This document shows positions 39,726-54,223 of a stretch of DNA of 64,000 bases, in pieces. Below the pieces are notes generated by a model. That model was not told the DNA's origin. It searched no databases and was given only the letters and a program-made list of their open reading frames with translations. A program made the translations under genes and the position numbers. Each line of letters begins with the position of its first letter. Positions within the stretch are counted from its first letter, which is position 1. Origin of the DNA: Lingula anatina (Eukaryota; Animalia; Brachiopoda); assembly GCA_051362555.1 (NCBI GenBank), contig CM120640.1, positions 3,968,001-4,032,000 of the forward strand, in the 5' to 3' direction.

Positions 39726-42700
39726 ATGGAGAGGGGTGTTAGTGTTCTTAGCACTAGAAATGCCGATCTACCACGAAAAACACAGGTTGGAAGCATAACC
39801 AAGGTGAATGTTTATTTTTTATAAGTTAATTAAATGAACATGATAACATACTGATTTTCCAATGGTCAGAATTGAGTGAAACGACTTCTTATGTTTATAC
39901 CCTGCTATGCAGAGGCTGCGTGTAGTACAGTGCATGTTTTACTTTCACCACATCGTGTTGTTGATATATATGATGTATTGCATTGTATCAATCTCTGTCA
40001 CCCTTATTACGCTTTTATTAACTGACGAGTAGATTATAAATTTTTATCCCCTGTTAAAAGTTGTTTGTGTCAATTACCATCCTCGCCTGACGCATTCATT
40101 AATATTTATGATTTTCACTCAAATGTGTAACCGATGTTTTAAATTCACTTGAGTTTTTTTTTATTTTGTTTTGTTTTTGTGGGTTTGTATCCTTCCAAAC
40201 ATAGGGGGAGTTGACCAGGACAAAACTGGGCAAAGACACAGTACAATTCAACAGCTAATTTACAAAAAAGAAGCAATAAAAAAAAAAATGAATATTGACC
40301 CTCTATAGTTATCGACTGTTGTTATTGATTAACACTTTATCTTATGAATATTATTTTAAGCTTTCCAAAGGATAAGTTCTTAGACAGAAAATTGACATGT
40401 CATTCCCTGGTCTAAATTAAAATTTATAAAAGAATTGTGTTCTATTGAATGAATCAAATAACTGAGTTGGTCTGCACAGGTACATGTTTAGCACGAAAAT
40501 TCATGCGTTAGCACTCCTGTTGACAGTTCTGATACATGAATTTTTGTGCTAGTACATGTTACAAGCATGTTCTTTTGACAGCAGCTGCTGCATACTCAGT
40601 AGATACATTTGATAAAATGTACTATTTTTTATATTTCAGAGTAGTTATAATGGAAATGGAAAAGATGACCAGTCTGTATTTAAGCAGGTACATTTATATA
40701 TTAAATAGCAGCAATTAGGCTCAAATTGTAGGCTTACTAATATGCACCCCTTGAGCAAGTTAACTATCAATACTCAGCACTCAATAATATAGTTCTCATT
40801 TTGGTATGTAGACTTACAAGACTTACAAGGTTATACCATAGGAATTTCAGTTTTCTTGTTTAAAGCTTTTTAAAGATGTTCATGTTGGTAATGTTTTGCC
40901 TGGATGTAAATGCCTGGATCATTTATGACAAAAATTTAGAAACAATCAATAATGAATTTGTCAAAAAGAAAAAATAACTAGATTTTCTGCCAAATTTGGT
41001 TAAAAATCACTCTGCCTCAGTGAGTCTGTCTTGATATATCCATCCAAAGCAGCATTAATCAGGGGCAGATTTAGGTCGTCTTCTGGGTCTTCCGGAAGAC
41101 GGTCAGATTTTCAAGTTTACATAGACGGATATTTAACTTTTTCTGTCGGAAGACGGTCAAAAATGAGGATGGATCATCAGAGATATTTTGGAAGACTGTC
41201 AGAAAATATCTCTGGATCCGCCCCTGTTAATGCAATCACACATGTCTATTGTTCCAGGGAATGCTGGTGTTTGTCCACCATGATGTAGATATCTGGACAG
41301 AGGGCACTGTCTCTGGGATTGAAGGAGAAAACATCCTTGTAACTCTTCCTTCAGGAAAGGTATGTTATTAGATGGAGGCATAAAATGTATATTATGAATA
41401 AAATATTGTTGAATCTCACTTAATATTATAAGTCAAGTATATTGGTGGGATCTGGATCTTTTTTCTGGCTGGAGTTGTCCATAGTCAGTTAAGTTGATGC
41501 TAAGATCTAATAAACAGATCTTAGGTTGATGGTAACATGGCAGTTTTACAGAACATTACAACAGACACTTTTATGTCGACCTAAATGTGTGTCATCTTTG
41601 CAACTCTCACTGGTGTCTTCTGGACCAGGCGGTGAGCTGTCCCTCTTTTCCAAGGAAAAGGTAGGTGGACTGTCGCAGTGTGATTCACTGCAAGATGATT
41701 TCTTTCCAGCGCCATGTATTTCCCTAGGGACTGTGAGAAACTGCATTTTGGAATGATCTGACTTTGTTTCTCTGGTTTTTATCTGTTGTTCAAGCTGCAT
41801 CACAATCTTAAGGAGTTTCTTCTTATTCTGCGGAACTTTAGCTAGAGCGATTTGTTTCAATTTTGTAGCTCTAGCTTCCTGTGATGGGGCATGTATTTCA
41901 GTATGAGTAAGACTGTCATTTCTTTCTGAAAAACTTGTACTGGCAGCCATGTCATAATCAGACATTTATCACATCTTGATTATATACTGCTTTCTTCACA
42001 CTGCTGAACTTATTATCCAGGCTAAAATTGTTTCAGTTCTTCTCAGTATTTTTGAGACCACTACAGCATTAAGAAGCACCTGAACACATGCACATTAGTC
42101 TTGAAGCCTCATCAGTCCTCGCTTATTCATACCATCTTTTTATGATGATTCAAAGTGCTGTTTCAGTGGGCAGCACAGGTACAAACCAAAAGGTCCTTAG
42201 TTCTTAGAATAAATGCACTTTCAAAAGTGTATTCATGACTTAAGATTGGATGATTAGGCCTAAAATCCCTGAGGTAGTCAGACTAATAGCGTTAGCTCAA
42301 AAAGCATTCAGAAAGTTTCAATCACATGCTTAGTGATGTATATTCTTCTGACTCTATTCCTGTCTGTGTCTTGCTGGTCAGTTGTTGCTTCTACTTTGAA
42401 AAGGAACTTGATTAGATATTTCTATTCAAAATTGGAAAAGCATTCTTGAGAACCATGCTGTTCTTTTCTAGCTGTGCCATGTTTCTTGAGAATTGCAGCT
42501 GTTTTCATTGAACATTTCTCAATTTTGTACCAAGCAATCGCAGTGTGTACAGAACTGTCCAGATTTTACTTTTTATTGAAAATGTGGGTGTCAGCTTACA
42601 CTAAAATTTGGCTTAGTACTTCCTTTGTTGCAATTATTGATCAGCACACGAGAGTATTCTTGTAGGAAATCTATTGTTTGTCTTAAAGGGGAATTTAATA

Positions 42701-45700
42701 TGTGATGATTAATATATGAAAATCTTGCATTTATATGAGAATGGATAATGATGTTTTTTTCATCACTGTATTATTGATTTGGTTAAAAAAAGTTATTTCC
42801 CCACAAGCAGCTTTCACTTCATGACAATAGAAATATTGGAATTGACATTTTATAAAAAAATTTCATTTCTTTCATTTTTACAGGAACAATGGGTAAAACA
42901 TAAGGATATTGCATTGAGAAATGAATGTGATTATGGTTCCACAGAGGATCTCACTCTGTTAACTCCACTTACCTGTGCCTCAGGTATGTTTACTCAAAGG
43001 CATGTACATACATTTAAAGATGTTGAAGCAGATATGGTTGAAGATAGACAACTAAAACCCATGGAACCTGTTATAGTTTCTAGTTTACCATAGGGGGAAT
43101 CCTGACTGTGTACACAAGTAAGCTCACACACACATATATGCATACATGCACATGTACGCATACATGCACACACACACACTGTTGTGATGTATAAATTAAC
43201 GGTGTTTTTTTTTTAATCCAGTGTTCCAGTGTTTGAAGAAAAGATACCAACAAGATGTGTTTTACACAAGGGCAGGGGTCACCTTGGTGGCCATTAATCC
43301 TTTCAAGGATGTCCCTTCATTATATAAAAAAGAAGTCATTGACCGCTACCACCAGTTACATGGACAGAGGAAGGTATTCATAATAATTAGACGGCTAAAT
43401 GATATTGAAATATCAATTAATATTGAACATTGCTAAAACAAACCTTCAGTTTTGCATGTACAAGCACTAATCCAACTTGATTGTATGGAATTGAAATAAA
43501 GATGCTGTAGATTGCATTGAATATGTTTGATTAAGTAATTGATACATTCAAGATTGTGTCTGACTATGGCCACATTCAGAATAGGGGACTAACTAGTCCA
43601 AGGGTCAAATATGGCGACCCACTACAAAGCTTTCCATCTAATTCACTAAAAGACATTGAATAGATATTCCATGGGGAAGTGTTCTGCAAAGTGGGTTGAC
43701 CATATTTGACCCTCGGACTAGTTAGTCCCCTATTCTGAATGGGGCCTATGCTGTTAAAATTTGGTTTTATGTCTGTGACTTGGGGTTTGTTAATCTTTTA
43801 GGTGTTATCCCCCCATGTGTTTGCCATAGCCCAGGAAGCCTACAGTCACATGAGGCAACAAGTGGGGAGAATGAACCAGAGTGTCATAGTCAGCGGAGAG
43901 AGTGGCTCTGGAAAGGTGAGTACATGCTGTGGTAGAAGAGGGGACGTCTTGAGAAGGTCCAAAGGTTCATTGGTTCCAAAAAGTGGTAACATTTTCATCA
44001 GTTTTTTAATTAATTGGTCCGAAGGTGTCTGTTATGAACATTTGGACCAATGAACTTTCAGACTTTTGCTACAGCCCCGTAGGAGAGACAGAAGTGATGG
44101 AAATCACATGAGATCTATAGGAGGTGGGGTCAGCTACAGTAAGAGACTAGATGCAAAGATGACTAAATGCAGCATAGCAACCCATAAAAGCTAACAGATA
44201 TTTTGTAGGAATGTTTTTATAGTTGTATTCTCTTATAAGTACTGTTGAATTACAGTCCTTTATATACCAGTATAAAATCAACATGTTTTGTGTGTCACTT
44301 ATTTATTGCTCTCTAAGCTGACATTATAAGTATATATAGTTTCACAATATCAGCAGTTGCATTTGAGGCTGGGATGGTTTTAATTGGATTGTGAAAATAA
44401 GAGAGAGAGAAAGAATAACATAGAGTAGAGTAATAGAGAAGTGGCAATGGTTGTGGTAGATGTGACGGTAGTGATCCAGATACTATTTTCTGCAGAGATA
44501 GGCTCACAGGAGAAATGTACTCCAGATGCGATAGGTGTGATGGTGATAATTGTACTGGGAGATACTGAGTTGGGTTTTTTTTTCACCAAGAGAAATAATC
44601 TGCATGTCACTATTGGTTTATGATACAACAATAAATGCTGTGCAATTATGAAAAATTGTCAATTTGGTTGTTTTGGGGTATTCGACTAAAGAGAACTTTT
44701 CCCATCATAAAAATGTCACACAAAGCAAGTTATTTGAAAATCATCTGTTTATTTTTATAAATTTATATTAATACCAGAAAATACAGTTATATTTTATGAT
44801 ATTGCTTCTAATACCTTATTAGACTTAGACACTACAACTTTGAATTTTCATTAATAGCATCATTATTTTGCATTGTTTTAGACTGTCACTGCCAAACACC
44901 TGATGAAATACCTGACCAGTATATCCAACTCCAATGCTGGGTAAGTACTGAATGTAAACATATATTAAGTAGATTTCAACAGGATTTTTAATTTGGGGTT
45001 AAAAAATCACTGAAATTGAAATCACTGATGGAGATTTTAAAATGAAAATGAGTTTAGGAAACCTGGCAGTTTTGGTTATGCTTATGTAGATAATAATTTG
45101 TGTTTAATGTCAACATAAAGATAACTATTCATGAAAGTATGTCAATTACTGTTTCAAATATATGAACACAAATTGTGATATTTATTTACCACTTCTATTT
45201 TCAGTGATACTGGAACAAGAATTGAAAGCAGGATCTTAGATTCCAATCCAATTTTAGAAGCATTTGGTAAGATAAGAAGTATTGAATGGAACAGCATATA
45301 TTTTCATAAAAATTCGTTATATTAGTTTTAAAATTTTTTTTGTCTATTTAACACTTTTAATTAAACATTTTATGAGTCTTATTCACATTTTTTAAATTTT
45401 ACTTTATATCTTATATATTGTACAATCCAACTATTTTAGTTGCGAATAAACATTATTATTATTATTTTAGGAAATGCAAGCACCAGCAGGAACAGCAACA
45501 GCTCGCGGTTTGGAAAATACATCCAGTTACAGTTTCAGAGGTAATTTGAGGGACAGATTGGAAGCTACTGTACTTGACACAGTTTTAATTCTCACTTAAA
45601 ATTTTAGTTTTTAATGGGGTATTATGTCAAGCATGAATTACTTAAAATACAAGCATTACTTAAAATGAGCCGTTTTTCTGCTTCCCATTCAAGGTTTATC

Positions 45701-47137
45701 TGTGTATCTTAGATTTTAAGTGATAAATTAAATCTTCAAAAAATATTAAGAAAATTTATGGTGGGTTACTGTATATGCTTTAGATAGATATTTAATATTA
45801 ATTTTCCAGGAATGGTCAGATTCTTGGTGCTTCCATCCAAACATATCTCTTGGAGAAAACTAGAGTTGTTCATCAGGCAGAAAATGAGAGGAATTTCCAC
45901 ATATTTTATCAGGTAATGGTTGTTTACAAGACTTCTCAGTGCTTTGAATAATTTTTATGAAGCACATCATGCACAATCCTATTTATTTTCAAAATAACAA
46001 ATAAGCAGTGTTTGGATTTTTATTGTTTATTTATTTTCAGCCTAGCAATCAGTTTGAAAGGCATTACATAGTATAATACACTTGAAACTTGAACACAGCT
46101 CTGAACACAGAAGTTATTCTTTAAATAAATAAAATGGTAAAGTGGGCACCCTTTGCCAAAGCAGATGGGTAAATGGCCACAAAGCATACTTGACAGTATA
46201 GAGAATTGCACATACATGTACTTACTTAGGGCTGTGAAAAAATTCTCACTTGTCAAACATAAATGATTTCCAGAAACTGTTAATGTGAAACAAACTAAAC
46301 ATTAAATTAACACTAAACCTACTCATATTAATATTCCAATGTAAAATTGTTAATAAAAAACTGTTTCAGCACAATGTTATGTTAAATATATAGCACACAA
46401 TTGAGCATGAGTAATATACATGGTCTAACCAAAGTTGATGGACAATTATGGGGAAAAAACAAGAAAAAAATGATAAACTGAACTAAACTACTGTAATAAA
46501 TTCAACAACTCCAATGTCAAATAAATAAAATCTAAAGAAAATGCATTTCTACAGCAATGAAAATGGAATTCAATATTGTACACACACATTTTAGTACATT
46601 ACAGGACACTCACAATGAGAGGAATGCCTACATTACAAGAAGTGAACAGGATACTAATGTCATGTACTATATTTCAGATGTTAAATGGGGGAAATGATGT
46701 GGAGAAGGAAGAATGGCTCGGACACAAGGACTCCTTGTTTAAAATGATTACAAATCATGACGCATGCACAGGTGATTTGTCCCCATGGCTATACATAGCT
46801 AAACACTTTATATTTAATATTATAATATCATAATATTTAAAAAACTGGTCTTTTGTTTTTGTGTCTGATAATTTTTCCTTTCCACTATTTCGTATAAAAA
46901 TATCAGTCAGTCTTAAATGAGATATGCATATTCATGCGTACTCAGCTCAAACTAAATGTTATTCAGATATTCCTTGTTACTGTCAGATAGAACTGTTTAA
47001 ATGGTTAGTCATCTGATTCTAGTCTAACTGTTATTTCTAATAATTATTAAACAGAAGACCAACAAAGTTGGAGACAGACGAGGGAGGCAATGGGAGACAT
47101 TGGGATAACAGCCCAGCAGCAGGATAGCATATTCAAG
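39726..47137 (+). CDS. MYO19: Unconventional myosin XIX-like, 5' part (11 exons; remainder not in window)
   Basis: Exons 39726-39803, 41258-41359, 42884-42983, 43222-43373, 43802-43915, 44882-44940, 45205-45266, 45471-45540, 45810-45912, 46678-46771, 47055-47137: [41 protein letters not shown] (P-loop), [52 protein letters not shown] is MYO19-like. Confidence 0.85.
41060..41226. mobile_element. hAT-like MITE; related decayed copy at ~26654-26816
   Basis: Ends CAGGGGCAGATT...GATCCGCCCCTG; shared internal TCTTCTGGGTCTTC and GTCAGAAAATATCTC. Confidence 0.65.
43568..43746. mobile_element. Foldback MITE, PIF/Harbinger-like
   Basis: ~55-bp TIRs GGCCACATTCAGAATAGGGGACTAACTAGTCC...; 3-bp TAT on both flanks. 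Confidence 0.8.
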
Positions 47138-47609
47138 GTAAAAACTGAATGGCTAGCCTATTTCCACTGTGTGTAAAATAAATAACCCTAATTGCATCTG
47201 TTATCATTTTTTCCCTCCCCAGTGAGACACATGGTTGTTAATATACACAAATAAACATTTGACAAAATTTAAGATATAAATGACATATTCTAAAAGAATT
47301 TCCCATCATGTTGTGGCTCATGGTCACATAAATAAACACTCAAACACCAGACACAATTTAGAGATCAATAATTGGAATGGATCACATATAGCACCCTTTT
47401 TACTGTGACTTTCAGTCACTGCAGTGAGCAAGATTTCACATTTAATGCCCTAGACCATTAATTTATCAAACAAATACCCTAGACCATCAATTTATCAAAC
47501 TAATCTATCAACATGTGCGTCTCTACTTCATGTTATTTCATATTTTACTAATTTAAGTGGAGATAATTAGCTCAGCTCTACATTTGGGCTATCAGTTGAA
47601 TTGACACTG

Positions 47610-50600
47610 CTAAGTTGTACTGGATCTACCATGGAAAGATCGCTTGTTTGTAGCAATTTCCAACACAGCTGCTGTCATCTGCGTTCCATTCGTCACTCGG
47701 TCAATTTGGATAGATTTTGGCAAGATTCCCTTTTCTAGGGTCACCTTAAACTCCTGCCCTTTGCCTCGGACACGCTGCATGTCTATGTTACAATATAACA
47801 GTTCTGCGTTGTTGTCATCCTTGAAAATGAGGGCATCTTCATGATGGAGGCAGAGCCTGCCAGCTTGGTAACCACAGTTCAGCAGAGCCTGGTGGTACTT
47901 CCTTAACAGTGGCGCCATCTTTTCTACTTCCTGGTTTGAGCAGACTATTGTCAGGGTGCGCACAGGAATCTCCTGTGGCAGGAATGCAGAGAAGTCACAC
48001 ATACACACACCAAGGTTTCTCAGGTTTTTCAATTTCTTTCTGAGCTTACGAATGGTCTCTTTGTCTTTTTCCATTTGGACCACCCAGTACTCCTGGTAGT
48101 CACCAAAGTCTTGGATGGTATATTCAACTTTGTTAGAATCTGACATTTGTGAATGGCACTTGTCTGTCACATCCTCAAATGGTTCGATATCACCGTCAGA
48201 CATTCGCCGTCTTCTGTTCCTGGACTTGTGCAAGACTAGTGACTCGTTTTGGGATTGAGCAAACTCTGGATTGGAAGGAATTGTTGTGGTTACTATGATT
48301 TCTTTAACTTCAGTGTCAGGATTGCTGCTAATAGTGAATCGCCGTCCAGGTCTGATCTGATCAAACATCTCTCCATGCGCCAGCTCCTCAACTTGCAACA
48401 TGGTGGGTTGGTATTCAGCAGTGCCCACAGTTGCCTCTGTTTTCATTGCACCAGGTGGAAAATTAAAAGTGAATTTCTCCAGGGAAATCACAGCACCTAT
48501 TTCTGAAACTCTGCGGGTCATTTTGTGTCTCTCTGTTGTTTGGGGTGTACACAGGGGTAAGAACGGCTTGGATCGGACTGGATGGGCTGATTTAGCTTGT
48601 CTCATTTTGTTGTTGGACTGGATGAGATTAGGTCTGTCAGTATGGCTACCTAGATTCCCCAGTTGTGCATGTTGCTCTTGGCTTGGCATTTCAAAACTTC
48701 TGCCAGGAAGAGCTGCAATAGGGAACCTATTAGCTGCCTCAGGTTTTGGTCTGAAAGGCAGTTCTTGGTTTTTGATAAGAATTATTTTCTTTGTTAGAGC
48801 ATCTATTTGTTTTTGAAGTTTGTCAATCTCCACAAACTTTGCAGTGGTTTGTGATTGCACACTGTTGAATTCCTTTATGATTTCCTCAGTCTGGACTTCA
48901 GATTCTGAAGTTTGGACATATTCTGTCCCGACTTCTGCATCTGCATATTCAGGCTGAGGCTCTGGCTCTGGCTCTGGTTCTATAACTGGCTCTGGTTCTG
49001 GCTCAGGTTGCATTTCAACTGTCATTTCAGGCTCAGAATCAGGTACCTCTGGCTCTGGCTCAGGTTCGGGCTCTGGTGGCGGAGGGGGTGGGATTTTGGC
49101 AGCAGTCTGTACTAAAAGTACTTTCAAGCTCTCTATCTCCTCTTTGAAATTTGAGGCATCCTCTTTACTTTTGGCTATTTCTTTGTACTGTCGGCGTATC
49201 ATTTCTTCTTGCATTTTGATCTTCTGCCTTAGTACCATTTCTTGTTTTTTGAAGGCTTTCTCATCTAGCTTTTTATCATCTCCAGATTCTGATGTGTGAA
49301 GTGTAACTGCTGTTGTCATGTTGTTTGAAAGTCGTGCCTCTACTTCCCGTAACTGTATGCTTAGCAGGATCCTGATGATGACTGTCTGATGGCGCTCCCA
49401 TGCTAAAATGAAGAGATACTTAGTGTAATAATAATAATAATAATAATAATTATAATAATAATAAAATTTAAATGATAAAATAAATGACATAGAAAATTAA
49501 CTTCCAAGGCATCTACTTTAATAATTCTGCTTTACAAATATACTATCCTCATTTTAGAAAATGCGAAACTTTGAAGCTAAATTTTGGTCTAATTGAAACA
49601 CTATTTGCACCATTTATCACTTCAATATATTGCAACAAAATAATTTTTAGTGAATTAAAGAACAGAGAATTTTTTTGAAGAATAATTTCCTACCTTCTGT
49701 GAGAAATTCGGAGTTCATCTGCCTGAGGTGTTGCTCCGAGTCCTGCTGGGTATTCTTGATGACGGTGACCAGCTTGGTGAGCCCCACCCCTCCCAGTGGC
49801 ACCATGCTGTGTAGGAAGGTGGCAATCTCCTGAACCTGGCTCTTGGCATTCTCCTAAAGAATGGCCAGAATTGTTGCAGTTAAGACCCATATTGTCATAA
49901 TTACGTAAAGAAATGAAGATATATTTTGTTAGCAGTTGAATATGTAGGATTGCTTGTAAAAGTTATAGAAATCTATTTTACTTTCTGTCTGCCAATCACC
50001 AGTGATTTGTAGATTTGTTTTGGTATTTGACTTAGACCCCATTTCTATAGATTAGATCGATCTACTTTAGATCGACCTAACTCCCTGGGGGTTCACGCTA
50101 AATAGTTGTCAGCCGAGCGGACACGAAAGTTAATTACCCCCTTACAGCTTGTAGTAGGTGCGACGGACATTTAAGCTGGATTATCTGACAGTAATCTAGT
50201 GGGACTCCCCGCGGGGATAGATCGATCTAAAAGCCCTGGGAATACAGCCTTAGAGATTTATTTTGCCAGTTATTGACAACATTGCCAGTAAAAATAGCAC
50301 CTCAATCATTATTGCTGATAAACTTATGACTTATGTAATAAGTTATTTATAAAGTCATCTATTTCACTTTAGACTTTAGTGTGCCAATCACCACTGAAGT
50401 TGTAAATTTGCTCTGACAGATGGTATTTGACTGAGAGATATATTTTGCCATCAATTGATAAAGTTGCCAGTGAAAGTAGCACCACAATCATTGCTGCTGA
50501 TAAAATTATGACTTATGTAAAAAGTTATTTATAAAGTCATCTATTTTACTTAAGACTGCAGTCTGCCAATCAGCAATGAATTTGTAGACTTGCTCTGATA

Positions 50601-53600
50601 GTTGGTATTTGATTGAGAGATGCATTTTGTCAATAATTGAACAAATTGCTTGTGAAAGTGCCATCTCAGTCATGGCTAATGATAAACTTACAATATATGA
50701 CTTATTTTTAAAAATATTTATTAAGTCATCTATTTGATTTTAGAACACGGTCTGCCAAACACCACTGAATTGGAAGATTGACGCTGATAGTTGATATTAG
50801 ACATGGAGATTTTCACAAAGCTTGTTTTATTCACTTTTGACATTTTGATACATCTGATATTCTGCATGAATCACTCATCTAAAAAATCAATGAAGATAAC
50901 AGGAAAGCCTGTCTTATTGATTTCATGATTTCATCTAATGTGATGTAACGGCAGCTTTCCAGCGGGAATGCATTGTGAGATGAACGCTCCAGACAGATTC
51001 CGCTTGGATTTGGTCGTCGTCTTGACAACCTTTTCTCTGGTCGTGTTAGCTGAAGGCCCCATTGTTGTCTCAGCAATGATTTAGATTAACTGCCACTGAT
51101 TACATTCACTCTCAGTTATTAACAGTCTCCCAAGGGCTTTCTTGTGCGGTATGTTTGCTTTTATAGTGAAAGTCTGATCTTTGCAGGTGTTTGAATATAA
51201 TTCATTAAATATGCAGACTGATACAATTGCTCCTATTTCTATTGACTTGGCCCATTGGGTCACTACTTTTCCCTGGCTTATTATGGGCATAACAATACAT
51301 CCAAAATATTGTATGGAATACACTGGTCTATCCAAGTTTGAAACCACTGCTTTATGATAGTTATCCGTTCCACAGTTTTTTTTATTTTATTTAAGACTGG
51401 CTTAAAAGGACACATTTGAATTAATCTTTCATGCAGAATGCAGTTGGAATAGACCTTTATCTCAAGAGAAAATGATGAAGTTTGTGAAAGATTGATATCT
51501 TCAACATTGTAGTAATACTAGAATTGGGTTTTAGTTTGGATCATTGTCATTTACTTACAGTATGTACCATATCTTTGAATTAGAATAATTGTTTTAAAAA
51601 AAAGTATTCCAAACAGGTGTGTTTAATTTAGTAAATTTAATTGTTTGGGATTTTCTTGTAGAAATTGTGCTTAGTTTTAAGTGAAATGATTATATTGATG
51701 TGATTCAAAAATCCTTGATATAAAAAGTAACACCCATTCATTACAAAAATATTGTTATAGGCTATTGTGTTTCATATTTGACAGGCTTTGTGATGCTCGC
51801 CACTAATACATTTCTAAATGTAATTGGCTCTATTCTAATCTAACTGCAAACATGACTGTTGCACTTAGAGAGGAGGCAAAGTAAATAAACGGTACAAAGA
51901 TAAAGTGACTTCTGATGTTCAGTCCAATGGGTAGGCTCTAAGTCGGCCTAAAGCACCGCGGTAAAAGAGGGAAATGCAAATACAGTATATTCTCTTCTTG
52001 CTGCTGTCTTTTGGCAAAACTAAACAAAAAATTTGCATACAGTCATGGCCTGGTGCCAACCACCTGACTAGCACATCAAAAACACCGTTGTGAACTTGGG
52101 TGACTTAACTTAAAACAAACTTTCTTTAGCTTTTCAATTGCACTTGCTTACGCCAGTGACCTTAACTATGCATTGGCAAATGACCCGAACGCTGGGCGCA
52201 ACCTCAACAAGGTTTACCTTTAGAAAAGAACAGTGTTTGTTACCTTGACATGTTTTTGGAGACAAAACTACCCATGGGAAAATTGTAACCACCGTTAGAG
52301 GGAATGTCGTTGCACTTAGTTGGAGAGCTTTATCTCCTCATTGAACTGCCTTTGGTATTGATTCATGTAAAATCAAACTCTTAGATGTGAAACTGCCCTG
52401 TGGTTTGACTTACGTTTGATGTTGATTTAAGTGTTAATAAGAAAGCAGAAAACTAATTGTACCATGAAAAATGACTATGAAATAGTCTATTCATATTGCT
52501 TCAGGTATCTTATCATTTATAAATGCATTCCGCCTGGAATCTTCCGTCTTCATTTTCTCAGATACACTGGGAATATGTCACAGTTTGCTGGTTGGTAATG
52601 GAGATATGCATATTAGGTTAAAATATCCACTCATCTGAAATTTTTTCTTTCTTTTTGTATACCAGTTCCTGTTTTAAAGATAAAGCTTACAAATTGGCCA
52701 AGGTACTTTTTAGTCAAACTGATTTATTTTGAAGATGTTTGTTGTAAAACGGTGCTCCTTGGATGTTTCTTATAAAACTGAATTTAGTAAGTACAGTAAT
52801 TAACCTAAAATATTTTTTTGAAAACCTGTAATAACAAATCAGATTGCCAGGCTTCATCAGTTCAAAAACACTCCTGTCTTTACAGTTTTTATATTAATGT
52901 TTTTTTATATGATATGAAGATTAATATTGAAAATAGTCAGTGGAAGTTTTGAATGATTTATATCAAATTTCTATCATTCTTTTTTATGTGAATTATTTTT
53001 AAATTTATATTGAATGCTAATTAATATTGTTTTAATTTATTTTCATTTTTTTAATCTTGACAGTGAAAAGTTTTTAAAATGATGTTAATAGATATAAACC
53101 AGAGTAAAATCTTGTTAATTTTTATAAGCTTCTCTTTACAAACAAAAACTAAACTGTTTGCCCTCTTGATAATAATCTCTAGTTATATATATATATGAAT
53201 GAAAACCTTTGATGCATGTGTACACAAATTAAAATTCCTGTTTGATTTGAACATCCTGACAAAAGTTTCATTGAGCATGACTCTAAAAGACACCTCCATT
53301 TCATTGCATTGAGTGGTGACACTAGAATGGACCCACTCTATCTCATTGGATTGAGTGGTGACACTAGAATGGACCCACTCTATCTCATTGGATTGAGTGG
53401 TGACACTAGAATGGACCCACTCTATCTCATTGGATTGAGTGGTGACACTAGAATGGACCCACTCTATCTCATTGGATTGACAAACCAGAAATAGTCAATT
53501 TCATACAGGATAAATTATATTTGAATAAAATTCAATTAAACTAATTTTGTGGAATTCAGTGTTTTTTCATTCAGGAGAAAATCAAAATGAATTTTTTGGA

Positions 53601-54223
53601 TTTTTTCACTTGTTTCAAATGAAATTTATTGAAATCTGTCACCTATATGAACCTCTTGTGTTTATCTCTAATTTTATTGTATTGAAACTTGTGTAAGTTG
53701 TATAATGTTAACCATTCACAAAACTCAATTAAGTTTGATACAAAATCTGCCCCCTTTGCCATTCAAGATAATTATTAGATATAAAATATTTAAATTGAAG
53801 GCAATAAAAATGAATAATAATGAAATATGGGTTGCTCACCATTGAAAAAATATTTAAAGTTTGTATTAAATTTAAGATGTAGACAGAGGTATGGGAGCTC
53901 ATCAGTAATTTCTGTGTGAACTTTACCAAAATATTTTTTGTCACGATATTTTTTAAAAATATTTTCTGTATTCAAATGGTAAGGAAAAAACTAGATCTTT
54001 TCTCTTTACTTCTTACAGGTAAGAACATACAATGCACTGGTTAGCTTCTACTGGAAGCCATTTTGTTGTGTTTGGACATAGCCCTCACCTTGATAAATCG
54101 TTTCGTGGCATAATCACAGAGACCATCGTTGTTACAGGCACTGTAGAAGTCATCTGAAGTAATCAAATGTTTACACAAATAATCCAAGTTCTTTTTCAGT
54201 TCCTGTTCCTTCTTATTATCCAT
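47610..54223 (-). CDS. CARD - coiled coil - (PE)n - ZU5 - UPA-like protein (~695 aa), paralog 3; exons 54223-54089, 49853-49694, 49402-47610
   Basis: In-phase GT-AG joins: MDNKKEQELKKNLDYLCKHLITSDDFYSACNNDGLCDYATKRFIK|ENAKSQVQEIATFLHSM...|AWERHQTV...; ZU5-like start SEIGAVISLEKFTFNFPPGAM; same intron phases and 160-nt exon 2 as paralog 2. Domain calls are by eye. Confidence 0.75.
49970..50815. repeat. ~183-bp degenerate tandem repeat (~4 units), first unit interrupted by a ~215-bp insertion (~50035-50250)
   Basis: TCTATTT...TGCCAA(T/A)CA.CA recurs at ~49972, 50358, 50540, 50729; insertion flanked by TTA and carrying TAGATCGATCTA near both ends. Confidence 0.7.
53308..53479. repeat. Perfect 42-bp tandem repeat x4
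   Basis: ATTGAGTGGTGACACTAGAATGGACCCACTCTATCTCATTGG repeated without spacers. Confidence 0.95.

Noticed and set aside
38720-40555. Inverted ~50-bp repeats (~38740-38790 and ~40487-40535) flanking the GST/myosin first exons as TIRs of a gene-capturing element
   Set aside because: Each copy has its own internal inverted symmetry and there is no shared TSD; more simply two independent small MITE remnants.
49403-49490. Poly-Tyr N-terminus of the 626-aa ORF
   Set aside because: It is an intronic (AAT)n microsatellite upstream of the acceptor at 49403.
50879-51347. Two short - strand ORFs inside intron 1 of CARD paralog 3
   Set aside because: No convincing splice sites or similarity to paralog 2; exons 1 and 2 already join in phase without them.
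53309-53494. ORF of repeated SGDTRMDPLYLIGL
   Set aside because: Translation of a 42-bp minisatellite; no splice or start context.
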